20,000 bases of DNA from an uncultured virus (IMG/VR IMGVR_UViG_2513237125_000007) (IMGVR_UViG_2513237125_000007:57688-77687), one strand, 5' to 3'. Shown: positions 1 through 7,752, counted from the first letter of the stretch. Translations and numbers: made by a program. Notes: generated from the sequence alone by a model not told the origin.

Positions 1-261
1 CGACACCAACGCATCAAACTGCTGTTGCTTCAGTGGCACACGCACATAACGCCGCACCGCCGGTTCAAACTCTTTGGCTAATCGAGCACGTAACATCGCA
101 TCCGCTTCCTGCTCATTGGCAAGACACATATCAGGCGTCACATGCTTGCCCGTCTCGCCGTAGCCAATCGTCAACACTCCACCAGGACAGGTGTACGGGT
201 TCAACTTGCAACCCTCAAAAAATTTGATCAGTGCAATGCCTTCTTCACCAATGGTCTGCAT
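1..261 (-). CDS. Phage lysozyme/endolysin (GH24 muramidase), 5' part, runs off the left edge
   Basis: Hand translation from ATG 261 (not in the ORF track): [87 protein letters not shown]. It shows the GH24 E-x8-C/D-x5-T triad, TIGYG and QxQFDALVS motifs. Confidence 0.93.
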   Translation of the reverse strand, partial: MQTIGEEGIALIKFFEGCKLNPYTCPGGVLTIGYGETGKHVTPDMCLANEQEADAMLRARLAKEFEPAVRRYVRVPLKQQQFDALVS

Positions 262-845
262 GACACGTCCCGGAGACATTCATTGCCGCTCATCCTGCGC
301 GTCTCCTCGGCGCACGTCCTGTGACAGGTTTTCCGTGACGGGTGCCAGGGACTACCCCCAGCGAAATTCCTGACGTGCCTGACACTGATCCCAAATATCG
401 CGGCAATGACATCCAAGGGCACACCACGACGCAAAAGCCCCACAACTGCACAATCCCGCGCATGGCGGGCAATGCAATTGCAATTGGCTGGCTGCAAAAT
501 CTCCCCACCGAAAACATCCACCAGCTTTTGTGCATCCCCCCATCCCAGAATGGATACCAATCGGTGATGGGGTGACAAAACCTTAGGGACATACAAAATC
601 ACCTTGCCACTGCGGCGGCCTTTGGGATACGTACGCGGCAACTGACCAATCAGGGTTAACGCTTGCTCCCGTCCGATGACATCCGCCAACTCCTGCACAC
701 TGGCAGGCAACCTGGTAGCAACGGCGGGCCTCACCCCAACCCCTACCGCATCCCCACATCTCGCAACGGAGGGCTTCCCACCCAAGGACAAACGCGCCAG
801 CAAGCGAGGCGGATTGGAGCGTTGCAGAAAGCATGTTGTTTGCAT
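228..845 (-). CDS. Mor/C-like transcription activator, probable late-gene regulator (start uncertain)
   Basis: [20 protein letters not shown]...[16 protein letters not shown]...ARDCAV...[20 protein letters not shown] resembles the Mor domain with a C-terminal HTH. It lies directly upstream of the lysis gene. Confidence 0.7.
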   Translation of the reverse strand: MQTTCFLQRSNPPRLLARLSLGGKPSVARCGDAVGVGVRPAVATRLPASVQELADVIGREQALTLIGQLPRTYPKGRRSGKVILYVPKVLSPHHRLVSILGWGDAQKLVDVFGGEILQPANCNCIARHARDCAVVGLLRRGVPLDVIAAIFGISVRHVRNFAGGSPWHPSRKTCHRTCAEETRRMSGNECLRDVSCRPLVKKALH

Positions 846-884
846 TGGTCACTCACCCATCACAAAAAAACATGGGAACTAGTA

Positions 885-897
885 TAACCCATTGATT
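885..897 (-). promoter_or_regulatory. IHF consensus site next to a TATACT -10-like hexamer (881-886)
   Basis: Minus strand AATCAATGGGTTA matches WATCAANNNNTTR. Confidence 0.4.
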
Positions 898-990
898 GTA
901 AAGAAGATTATTGGGTGATGCGGTGGCGCTTGCTTCCGTCTGTGTGGCAGTGGCTAGCTGTACGGGCGCGAGAATGGGGTGACTATTAAG

Positions 991-1240
991 GGGTGCACTA
1001 GCCACACTGTTATTCGGGTCAATTTCCTATTTCTCCCTATATACGCTGTATATTTTTTATACAATGAGTTGGGACGGATAATAGAAAAACATAGGCAGAA
1101 ACAGTGAGGGTAGTGCAACCTTGCACTTAATGCACTTCAAAAACGTGCAATTTCCTGTTAACCCCCGTGTATGGTGTACATATTTTATACAACGAGTTTA
1201 GATTGATATCGCAAAACGCAAGTGTAAGAAGTGCAGGGGT
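991..1240. repeat. Repeat-structured AT-rich region, candidate replication origin
   Basis: Ungapped 51-bp imperfect direct repeat 1020-1070 vs 1148-1198 (39/51 by hand), 21-bp inverted repeat 991-1011 vs 1100-1120 (18/21), and many TGCAC/GTGCA motifs. It lies downstream of the primase/helicase. Confidence 0.55.
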
Positions 1241-1271
1241 GCGACTGTAGGCGGTGCGGCTTTAACACCCT

Positions 1272-1318
1272 ACAAACCCTCGGCATCTCGCTAACAGCCA
1301 TTTGCGAGATGCCGAGGG
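1272..1318 (-). terminator. Intrinsic terminator-like hairpin after the primase
   Basis: Perfect 15-bp inverted repeat CCCTCGGCATCTCGC (1277-1291) / GCGAGATGCCGAGGG (1304-1318), followed on the minus strand by TTTGT, 17 nt past the primase stop codon. Confidence 0.65.
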
Positions 1319-1335
1319 CGCTGTACTTCTTTTCG

Positions 1336-3873
1336 TTACAGGTCAGCGCCCGTCAACGCGATGCCTTGAATAACTAGAAACATCCGGCGCTTCCCCCCTT
1401 CAGGGGTTTCATACACATGCTTTTTCCTAAACTTCGGCACGCACCGCTCCAATTCGCCAAGGAAACGGACTTTGGATAGCGCGTAAACACCGCTGTCTTT
1501 GCACCATTGCGTATAGGCAGGGTAGAGGCCACCACCCATTGGCGCGGTTAGCTTCTCCTCGTGCTCCATTCCTAATACGCACTCATCGCTAATGAACTGA
1601 GTAACGCGGTCCTGCTCCGTCTGATAGTCCTTGGAAGCGTCCCGCACAATCTCCGGAGGGTTCAACCCCTCCCTGTACCACTCCACCGCCCCCGCCACGA
1701 GCCACGCCAAGACGCCTTCTCGTTCAGCGGCCAGCTTCTCAGTGATCTTATGGTCTATGGGGTATTGGGCGATCCCCGCCTCTACCTCTTCAGCGGTGCC
1801 GAAGCGCGCTTTAAACGGGATGAGCATCAGGCGACTCCAGATGCCCACGTCCTGCCCTTTGATCACCGGCTTATGGTTAGTCAGCAGTTGCAGCTTGTGC
1901 GTGGGCTGGAAATCGAAGAAATCGGCACGCATATAGCGCGCCTTGAGCATATCGCCACCAGTGGCTTGCTTCACGAAGCCTTCTCGCAAGAGGCCGCCTT
2001 CGCTGGTTTCATTCACCGTTACCATGCGCCGTCCTACCAAGTCGGCGATCTCGGTAGGGTGCCGGTCGTGACCGGCATCCATTAACAGCCCAGGGGCGGC
2101 CACGCCCGCATAGCGGCCAAGAATCCCCGAGATCAGGTCCAGTAGCGTGCTTTTCCCATTGCGACCCATCCCGTACATCACGGCGAGCTTGTGCTCACGC
2201 ACCGAGCCGGTGGCACAGTAGCCGAACCAGCGTTGCAGGAAGTCACTGAGTGGCTGCTGGGCCTGCCCCTCTTCGCAGGTAATACGTGCCAGTGTCTTTT
2301 TAAACACAGGTGCAGCGGCATCCGGCGTGTAGTTAACGGGAACGACCCGCGTCATGTAGTCCTCAGGGCGGTGCGCTTTGAGCGTTCCGGTGCGCAGGTC
2401 CACCGTGCCATTGGCACAGTTCAATAGCCAGGGGTCCGTGTCCAGCCGTTCCGCTTTCACGACCAACATACTTTTGGCCAGCGCCATCGCCGCCTCTACA
2501 GTGCTGCGCATTTCCGACTTCTTGCCCCATGCCTCCAGTGCAGCGGCGATCTTTGCGTGTTTGCTTTTCTCCTTCTCTGTGTCGGCGCGTTTGGTGCGCC
2601 ATTGCTCCACTTCACCACGAATGATTTTGGAGAGTTTTAACGTTAGCAGGCGTGCCGCATCCGTATCATGCGCCCAGTGGGTGCCTTCCCAGACGAACCA
2701 GCGCTCAGCAGACACCATGATCCGTTTGCCGTAGTGCTTGGCGATCCGCACTGCGTTCGCTTTGTCAGTGGTCAGGTACAGCGCTTCGGGCACGTCGTGC
2801 CTCTCAATGGCGAGCGTGGCAGGCGCGTCCGTGAGGTCCTCGAACATGGCTAGCATTTCCTCATCGGAATAGATTCCTATTTCGTGTAGAAACGCCGTTT
2901 GTGGCAGCCCTCGGCAGTGAGCGTGCTGACATACAAACGCGCCATTGGCATAACCTCCGGTGTGTGCGGGGTAATACACCGTGGCTGTGGGGTTAGAGGC
3001 TTGTGTATGCTGCGTAGCCAAGGGGCATTCGACAAAGAGTTCACCCGCCTTACCGCTCGATAAGATCATTCCGCGTTCTTCAAGGCGCACGGCCACAGGG
3101 TCGTTAGCCGCCGCCGCCATGAGCTTGTGTTGGCGGCTGGGTTTGCCTTCACTCTTGGCGCTTTCCAGGATCGCTGCATCAATCTCCAGCAATACAGAAT
3201 CCTCAAGAAGGCCTTTCACAAAGCCGCTACGCACTGGCACCGGATCGGTGACACCGGCTTCAAACACGGGGGCGGCGGTGTAGTGGATTTGCACCGGATT
3301 AAATACAGAAGCGTCCAGGGCTGGAGCGCAGGCAGTGGCCCAGGCTTTGAGCTGTGCGCTGGTGTACGGCGTATGTAGCCAGAACCACACATGAGCTTTT
3401 AGCTTCCCTGCGCACTCGCCCCGCCCCGCGCTACTGGATAACTGCCAATGGTAATCCGCACCTGCGAACCAGAACGGGAGATGTGCATGGAGGAACTCGC
3501 TGATGCTCCCCACCGGATCGGCGACCGGATCAAGGCGCAGTGGCTCGAAGTTATCGATCTCAACGAGCATCCAGTGATGCGGGATATCCTCGTACAACTC
3601 GGCAATGCGCCGTGCTTTCCCCTTCTGGAACTCTGTATCCAGCGCAGCGGCTTTAACATCGCCCACATACGCCCCGCGAATCACGCAGGCATGGGGGTTA
3701 TTCTCCAGCTCCGTGAGGAGTGCAGACAGCTCGCGACTATTGTTGAGCGATCGTTGCTCCACCTGGAAGAACTTGGCGTTGTCGTAGGCTTTCAGCGTGC
3801 CATCAGCGCACCATGTTTTGGCGAGGGTATTTACGGGGTGTTTCAGGATTGTGATAGAATCATTCTTCATCAC
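1336..3873 (-). CDS. Phage/plasmid P4-family primase with D5-like SF3 helicase
   Basis: 845 aa. It has LLNCANGTVDL (D5_N), Walker A GMGRNGKS, Walker B region VTVNE, TNHKP, GIWSRL and a Zn-finger-like CPLATQH...CQHAHC. AAGGAG SD precedes GTG/ATG at 3873/3870. Confidence 0.92.
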   Translation of the reverse strand: MMKNDSITILKHPVNTLAKTWCADGTLKAYDNAKFFQVEQRSLNNSRELSALLTELENNPHACVIRGAYVGDVKAAALDTEFQKGKARRIAELYEDIPHHWMLVEIDNFEPLRLDPVADPVGSISEFLHAHLPFWFAGADYHWQLSSSAGRGECAGKLKAHVWFWLHTPYTSAQLKAWATACAPALDASVFNPVQIHYTAAPVFEAGVTDPVPVRSGFVKGLLEDSVLLEIDAAILESAKSEGKPSRQHKLMAAAANDPVAVRLEERGMILSSGKAGELFVECPLATQHTQASNPTATVYYPAHTGGYANGAFVCQHAHCRGLPQTAFLHEIGIYSDEEMLAMFEDLTDAPATLAIERHDVPEALYLTTDKANAVRIAKHYGKRIMVSAERWFVWEGTHWAHDTDAARLLTLKLSKIIRGEVEQWRTKRADTEKEKSKHAKIAAALEAWGKKSEMRSTVEAAMALAKSMLVVKAERLDTDPWLLNCANGTVDLRTGTLKAHRPEDYMTRVVPVNYTPDAAAPVFKKTLARITCEEGQAQQPLSDFLQRWFGYCATGSVREHKLAVMYGMGRNGKSTLLDLISGILGRYAGVAAPGLLMDAGHDRHPTEIADLVGRRMVTVNETSEGGLLREGFVKQATGGDMLKARYMRADFFDFQPTHKLQLLTNHKPVIKGQDVGIWSRLMLIPFKARFGTAEEVEAGIAQYPIDHKITEKLAAEREGVLAWLVAGAVEWYREGLNPPEIVRDASKDYQTEQDRVTQFISDECVLGMEHEEKLTAPMGGGLYPAYTQWCKDSGVYALSKVRFLGELERCVPKFRKKHVYETPEGGKRRMFLVIQGIALTGADL

Positions 3874-4005
3874 TATTCTCCTTTATTCAGGGCGAGTTGA
3901 GGTCACCCCCTCAGCCCGCCCTTTTTTAACTGCGGGGGTGGTTTAGTGATTTGAAAGTCACTCCTTACTAATTAAGGAGTACGGCCAGGTAGCCCGCCGG
4001 AGGCG

Positions 4006-4833
4006 TTAGCTAAAACGGCGATAAGTAACCCCCCTGACCTTTTGGGCAGCCTGTTCCAGGTGCGGGCCGAGGGCTTTTTCTGAGAACGCTTTACTCATGC
4101 GCTCGATCGCGGCTTTTGCGATATCTGGTAGATGCTTGCTTGGAAACGTTGGGTGTCTGACCCAATCGGCTACTTCGTCGCTAGTAAGAACATTGGTATG
4201 CAGCGTGACGGGTGTCAGCCGTAGCCTGAAGTCATGATCGAAATCCAATACCCAGCGATGCCATCTCAATAGTTCGACGAGTGCTGATGTGGCAATGGCT
4301 TCACTATCTTCCAACCCTTTTGGGAATTCAGGCTCTTTTATTCCTGCGGACTCAAGTAGCCGTCTGACATCGCTAATCCAACGGCTATGAGCGGTGTTTA
4401 ACTCCTCCATATGCTTACGGTCTTTGGAGTAGCTGCGCATCTGGTCGTATCCCAGATCAGGATGAACTGTGTACTCGCACGTCTTGCGGATCGAGGGGAG
4501 GACTTCCAACACATCCAGCACCCAGCGACGAAACGCGGCGGCGACTGAAGTACGGGCAAACATCGCCACCAGGTGGCAGCCGCGAGGGCTGAAGAGTCGG
4601 ACAGGTTTGTCTGAGTTGCCGCTTCCAAACCCCTTGGTGGCCAAATTGACCACCAAGGTCATTTGATAGGTGAACTCGTCGGAATGACGGTTGTAGATAC
4701 GTGAAACGGATCGTTCATCGGCGTAGCCAAGCGCTCGGGCCAGATCGGCAGCCGTCAAGTACGGCATACCGTCACGGTCGATAATGGAAAGGGATTGGCC
4801 GGAAAAACACACGGCAGCAGGTAACTGCGTCAT
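4006..4833 (-). CDS. Bro-N domain antirepressor-like protein
   Basis: Likely start ATG 4833 with AGGAG SD at 4841-4845. MTQLPAAVCFSGQSLSIIDRDGMPYLTAADLARALGY...VRLFSPRGCHLVAMFARTSVAAAFRRWVLDVLE is Bro-N-like. Confidence 0.85.
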   Translation of the reverse strand: MTQLPAAVCFSGQSLSIIDRDGMPYLTAADLARALGYADERSVSRIYNRHSDEFTYQMTLVVNLATKGFGSGNSDKPVRLFSPRGCHLVAMFARTSVAAAFRRWVLDVLEVLPSIRKTCEYTVHPDLGYDQMRSYSKDRKHMEELNTAHSRWISDVRRLLESAGIKEPEFPKGLEDSEAIATSALVELLRWHRWVLDFDHDFRLRLTPVTLHTNVLTSDEVADWVRHPTFPSKHLPDIAKAAIERMSKAFSEKALGPHLEQAAQKVRGVTYRRFS

Positions 4834-5264
4834 AAAACGTCTCCTGTTTCGTGAGATGACCACAGGAGGAACGTTCTTAGGCGCCGCACCTGTGGGTGTC
4901 GGGAGGCTAAGAAACCGGAAACAGACGGCGGGCAGCTTTCCCCTTGCGGGTGTTGTATCGCTGCCGCCCTCCCGACGTAAAAACGTGCAGGCGTAAAAAA
5001 ACCGCATGGATTTCGGATGCGGGTACCGCTGTTTCCAGAGTTCTTAGGCTCCTTACCGGCGACGGTACCGCAGCGGTGAATGTGGGTCAAGCTCACGGTG
5101 TCACCGTGACTGTCGGCGAAGAAGCGCCTGCCCCTTGGTTGTTTTATGATGGGAACGCCAACATCCATCACACTGCAAGGAGAACACCGTTGAAGGTAGG
5201 CACCGTCCGCGCGATGAATCCACGAAGAGGGATGCTTGTTATAGAGATTGATGGGTACGGCCAT
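4830..5264 (-). CDS. Ash-like ORF spanning the c4-like RNA (may be an RNA shadow ORF)
   Basis: Open frame through the antisense element (PCGFFTPARFYVGRAAA...SVSGFLASRHP). Its stop overlaps the antirepressor ATG (ATGA). Confidence 0.35.
   Translation of the reverse strand: MAVPINLYNKHPSSWIHRADGAYLQRCSPCSVMDVGVPIIKQPRGRRFFADSHGDTVSLTHIHRCGTVAGKEPKNSGNSGTRIRNPCGFFTPARFYVGRAAAIQHPQGESCPPSVSGFLASRHPQVRRLRTFLLWSSHETGDVL
4841..4881 (-). promoter_or_regulatory. Downstream antisense target (b2/a2-type) overlapping the antirepressor RBS
   Basis: Minus strand CCTAAGAAC (4873-4881) and GAAACAG (4844-4850), the latter overlapping SD AGGAG. Confidence 0.75.
4898..4976 (-). ncRNA. C4/CI-like antisense immunity RNA (about 79 nt)
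   Basis: Closing stem GTCGGGAGG/CCTCCCGAC, inner stem GCGGCAGC/GCTGCCCGC capped by CCC-GCAA-GGG, a small hairpin CCG-TCTGTTTC-CGG and a TTTCTTAG bulge. The loop and bulge are complementary to sites upstream and downstream on the same transcript. Confidence 0.8.
4995..5048 (-). promoter_or_regulatory. Upstream antisense target (b1/a1-type) with terminator-like hairpin
   Basis: Minus strand CCTAAGAAC (5040-5048), GGAAACAG (5029-5036), then a CCGCAT...ATGCGG stem followed by T7. Confidence 0.72.
5062..5090 (-). promoter_or_regulatory. Sigma70-like promoter for the c4/antirepressor transcript
   Basis: TTGACC-N17-TACCGT on the minus strand just upstream of the b1/a1 sites. Confidence 0.5.
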
Positions 5265-5444
5265 TTTTCAATCTTTGAGATACTTGACGGCGTCGATATC
5301 AAGATCGGCGATGAAGTCAGAGGAAAGCTGGACACCACAGGCAGCCAGAAGCTCATGCATTCGGCCAGCCAACGCTGGTTTGATGTCTATGGGGAAGGCG
5401 GGTACGCCAGACTCGAATCTGCATGCAAGTCCATCGGACTCTAG
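5190..5444 (+). CDS. Small hypothetical protein (84 aa) opposite to the operon direction, moron-like
   Basis: AAGGAG (5177-5182) then TTG 5190. The sequence KVGTVRAMNPRRGMLVIEIDGYGHFSIFEILDGVDIKIGDEVRG is protein-like and beta-rich. Confidence 0.6.
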   Translation: MKVGTVRAMNPRRGMLVIEIDGYGHFSIFEILDGVDIKIGDEVRGKLDTTGSQKLMHSASQRWFDVYGEGGYARLESACKSIGL

Positions 5445-5627
5445 CTCCCTATCCCGCTTCGCAAGCGTTCCGTTATCGGATTTCAAATCAACAAGGCCGC
5501 AAGCATATCCATAGCAAAACGCCGCTTGCGCAATGCCATATAAGTTGTTGGCCGGGGTACAACGCTTCCAAAGCCGGTACTGTCGGCGAAGAAGCGCCTG
5601 CATCTGCGCATCAAAATCATTACTCAT
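5268..5627 (-). CDS. Hypothetical phage protein
   Basis: 119-aa ORF MSNDFDAQMQALLRRQYRLW..., ATGA-coupled to the upstream ORF. Its 3' half overlaps the plus-strand gene antisense. Confidence 0.45.
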   Translation of the reverse strand: MSNDFDAQMQALLRRQYRLWKRCTPANNLYGIAQAAFCYGYACGLVDLKSDNGTLAKRDRELESDGLACRFESGVPAFPIDIKPALAGRMHELLAACGVQLSSDFIADLDIDAVKYLKD

Positions 5628-5866
5628 TGCGCATCCTTCCCGAGCGCCGTTGGCATCGGACGTACGCTGAATGGGAAGCCGCTGCGGAGCAACACTTCAA
5701 ACGCCTCAATGACCAGGGCATCAGGACCGTCAAGGCCGAGATACGATCCGCTGACTTCGTTGCCTGGTGCCGGAGGACCGGCCGCAATATCGATAATAAG
5801 GCGCTTGTTGCCCTCGCCAACGAGGCTGCCTACAGGGTCATCAAAGGGAACCACTGAGATATACAT
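5624..5866 (-). CDS. Hypothetical ORF antisense to the remnant
   Basis: GAGGAAAGG SD-like sequence then ATG 5866. Its stop overlaps the next ATG. Confidence 0.3.
   Translation of the reverse strand: MYISVVPFDDPVGSLVGEGNKRLIIDIAAGPPAPGNEVSGSYLGLDGPDALVIEAFEVLLRSGFPFSVRPMPTALGKDAQ
5627..5857 (+). pseudogene. Probable 5'-truncated remnant of a small hypothetical gene
   Basis: LRILPERRWHRTYAEWEAAAEQHFKRLNDQGIRTVKAEIRSADFVAWCRRTGRNIDNKALVALANEAAYRV looks like a folded protein, but there is no ATG or SD at its 5' end. Confidence 0.45.
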
Positions 5867-5926
5867 AACAACCTTTCCTCTTACGGTCATTCATACGGGT
5901 CAAGCTCACGCTGTCATCGCTTGCTT

Positions 5927-6175
5927 TCATTCTTGATTCCTTGAGGGCTTTTTAAGTCCCTTCAAATAAAGCACCACGCCTTCTCCAAGAGGCGAATGCC
6001 CATTCTTGGCCCGTAACAGATAAGCGTCCTTTAGTGCTTGTTTTGCAGCGTGTTCTACCGCTTCATCAACACAAGCCAGTCCATAGATTTGTGCGTATTG
6101 CTCAAATATTTTTCGATCAGCAGGGCTTAGATCAATTTCCACAGGGCCTCCAAAGGGCCTGGTTAGGCACTTCAA
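5927..6175 (-). CDS. Hypothetical phage protein
   Basis: 82-aa ORF overlapping the upstream gene's stop within the cro operon. Confidence 0.6.
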   Translation of the reverse strand: MKCLTRPFGGPVEIDLSPADRKIFEQYAQIYGLACVDEAVEHAAKQALKDAYLLRAKNGHSPLGEGVVLYLKGLKKPSRNQE

Positions 6176-6360
6176 GCCGCGTCTACTTGCCGCTTATCAT
6201 TCTTTATCGCAGCAGTGGCTACCGATAACGCCAGTGCACGAACCAACGCCGCCGGTTGCATCCCGTTGTAGTGGGCCAACGCATTAATCAATGCGTGCTC
6301 GGCATCGTTAAAACGCACCTTCACTGGGTGACTACGAATGTGGGTCGGATCGGCATACAT
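6172..6360 (-). CDS. Small RHH-like phage regulator at the cII position
   Basis: MYADPTHIRSHPVKVRFNDAEHALINALAHYNGMQPAALVRAL has a strand-helix-helix pattern typical of this slot in prophages. Confidence 0.72.
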   Translation of the reverse strand: MYADPTHIRSHPVKVRFNDAEHALINALAHYNGMQPAALVRALALSVATAAIKNDKRQVDAA

Positions 6361-6413
6361 AGATTCATTACCAAGGGTTATTCAATGTCATTGAAAAGAT
6401 CGAAGACAGCGCA

Positions 6414-6638
6414 TCAAACGGTGTGCCGTTTGAATGAGTTACAAAGATTTGCAATGTGCTTTGCACGAAGAGATGCAAGGCTGGACTGCGCCAAAAGACG
6501 CTCTTTAAGCAAGGGATCATCTATTGCTGCTGCTTTCAACCGCAGCAGTTCGGCTTTCACCTGGTATTCCTTGACGCGGAGTTCGTCCATAGAAACGGGT
6601 ACACGAGCACGTGTCCGTTCCAAGCCATCACGCCGCAT
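6414..6638 (-). CDS. Hypothetical protein downstream of cro
   Basis: ATG 6638 overlaps the cro end. Helical 74-aa product MRRDGLERTRARVPVSMDELRVKEY... Confidence 0.5.
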   Translation of the reverse strand: MRRDGLERTRARVPVSMDELRVKEYQVKAELLRLKAAAIDDPLLKERLLAQSSLASLRAKHIANLCNSFKRHTV

Positions 6639-6876
6639 CGGACATCTCCGGCCTGTGATTTGTGGGGGAAGCGCCGAAGATAAGAACTTCTTTGCAAAGT
6701 TCCCCCTTCGAGATGCGCTCAATAGCTACGGCACGCTCAGGCGTAATACGAACTCGCCCTTTCTCAATTTGGGAAACGAGCGCTTGCGTAGTTGGGCAGC
6801 CGCCCTCAGTAAGCAGGCGCGCTAGTTTTGCTTGAGAGATACCGACTGATGATCGGTAGGTTTTGATGATGTCCAT
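6628..6876 (-). CDS. cro: Cro-like HTH repressor
   Basis: SQAKLARLL...TTQALVSQIEKGRVRITPERAVAIERISKGELCKEVL, divergent from cI. Confidence 0.85.
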   Translation of the reverse strand: MDIIKTYRSSVGISQAKLARLLTEGGCPTTQALVSQIEKGRVRITPERAVAIERISKGELCKEVLIFGASPTNHRPEMSDAA

Positions 6877-6882
6877 CAGCAA

Positions 6883-6959
6883 ACAATAGCGCCACTTATC
6901 AAGAATATCAATAGTGGCGCTAATTGGTAATGAGTGCAGAAAGAATTAGCGTTTTTAAT
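6883..6959. promoter_or_regulatory. OR-type operator region with divergent PR/PRM-like promoters
   Basis: Operators AATAGCGCCACTTAT (6885-6899) and AATAGTGGCGCTAAT (6910-6924). Minus strand TTGATA(6906-6911)-N17-TATTGT(6883-6888). Plus strand TTGGTA(6924-6929)-N17-TAGCGT(6947-6952). Confidence 0.8.
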
Positions 6960-7694
6960 ATGAATACACCTAGGACTAGAAAAGCCAAGCCCACACCAGC
7001 TGATATTGAAGCTGGAAAGCGTTTACGTGCTGAATGGGATAAACATGCTTTTTCACTTGGCTTAACGCAGGAAAAAATGGCAGACATCCTTGGCGGCACC
7101 CAAGGTTTAGTCAGCCAGTACCTTACACAGAGAATTCCTCTGAACTATAAGTCTTTGCTTCTCTTCTCCAAGGCACTTAATATCGCCCCGGAAGTCATTA
7201 GAACGGACCTTCCAGAACAAAAACTAGTTCAACCTTCTACGAATACGGAAGACATGTGGGCTGATGTACGCAGTTATACGCAACGTATGGGGCTAGGCAC
7301 TACTGGACCAGAGATCGCGGAGGATGTGGATACCCACATTCTGAAATTCCGCAAGGATTCGTTACATAAAAGGCACCTAAACTATGAAAGCCTTGTCATC
7401 ATGCATGGCACTGGTGATTCGATGCTTCCTGACATTCAATCTAGCGACGCCATTATGTTTGACACATCAGACACTACGCCCCATCACAAGCACATTTACG
7501 TGATTATCACCCCAGGCGCAGCCGCTGATGAGTATAACGTTAAGCGATGTATCATTGATAACAAAAAGCAGGTTTTTTTTGCCGCCGACAACCCTCTGGG
7601 GGATCACGACTGGAAGTCACCACGCTGGAAAGATGATCCAAATCACCCAATTAAGATTATTGGCCGGGTGAGGTGGGTTGGTAGGTGGCTATAG
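6960..7694 (+). CDS. cI: CI-type repressor (HTH plus S24 peptidase domain)
   Basis: HTH LTQEKMADILGGTQGLVSQYL, S24 Ser in GDSMLP, Lys in NVKR, and C-terminal IIGRVRW. Confidence 0.92.
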   Translation: MNTPRTRKAKPTPADIEAGKRLRAEWDKHAFSLGLTQEKMADILGGTQGLVSQYLTQRIPLNYKSLLLFSKALNIAPEVIRTDLPEQKLVQPSTNTEDMWADVRSYTQRMGLGTTGPEIAEDVDTHILKFRKDSLHKRHLNYESLVIMHGTGDSMLPDIQSSDAIMFDTSDTTPHHKHIYVIITPGAAADEYNVKRCIIDNKKQVFFAADNPLGDHDWKSPRWKDDPNHPIKIIGRVRWVGRWL

Positions 7695-7752
7695 TAATTG
7701 CAGCCACCTCCACCGCCGCCCTCTTCAACACGGTAGTGCTATGCTGTTGGAC

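Larger units (their letters stand above)
5084..5919. repeat. Two pairs of dispersed 23-bp direct repeats
   Basis: ACTGTCGGCGAAGAAGCGCCTGC at 5109-5131 and 5579-5601 (identical). GGGTCAAGCTCACG(G/C)TGTCA(C/T)CG at 5084-5106 and 5897-5919. Confidence 0.85.

Noticed and set aside
1631..3900. Numerous alternative-frame and antisense ORFs within the primase (and similarly within polA, helicase and int)
   Set aside because: They are shadow ORFs of long, motif-bearing genes and lack SDs or recognisable motifs.
4834..5007. N-terminal extension of the 333-aa ORF
   Set aside because: It runs through the c4-like RNA. The SD and domain start favour ATG 4833.
5084..5919. 23-bp repeats as a CRISPR or mini-array
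   Set aside because: There are only two copies of each, 470 and 813 bp apart, with no regular spacers and no cas genes.
6256..6825. Plus-strand 189-aa ORF
   Set aside because: It is antisense to cro and two coupled operon genes, with no recognisable motif.
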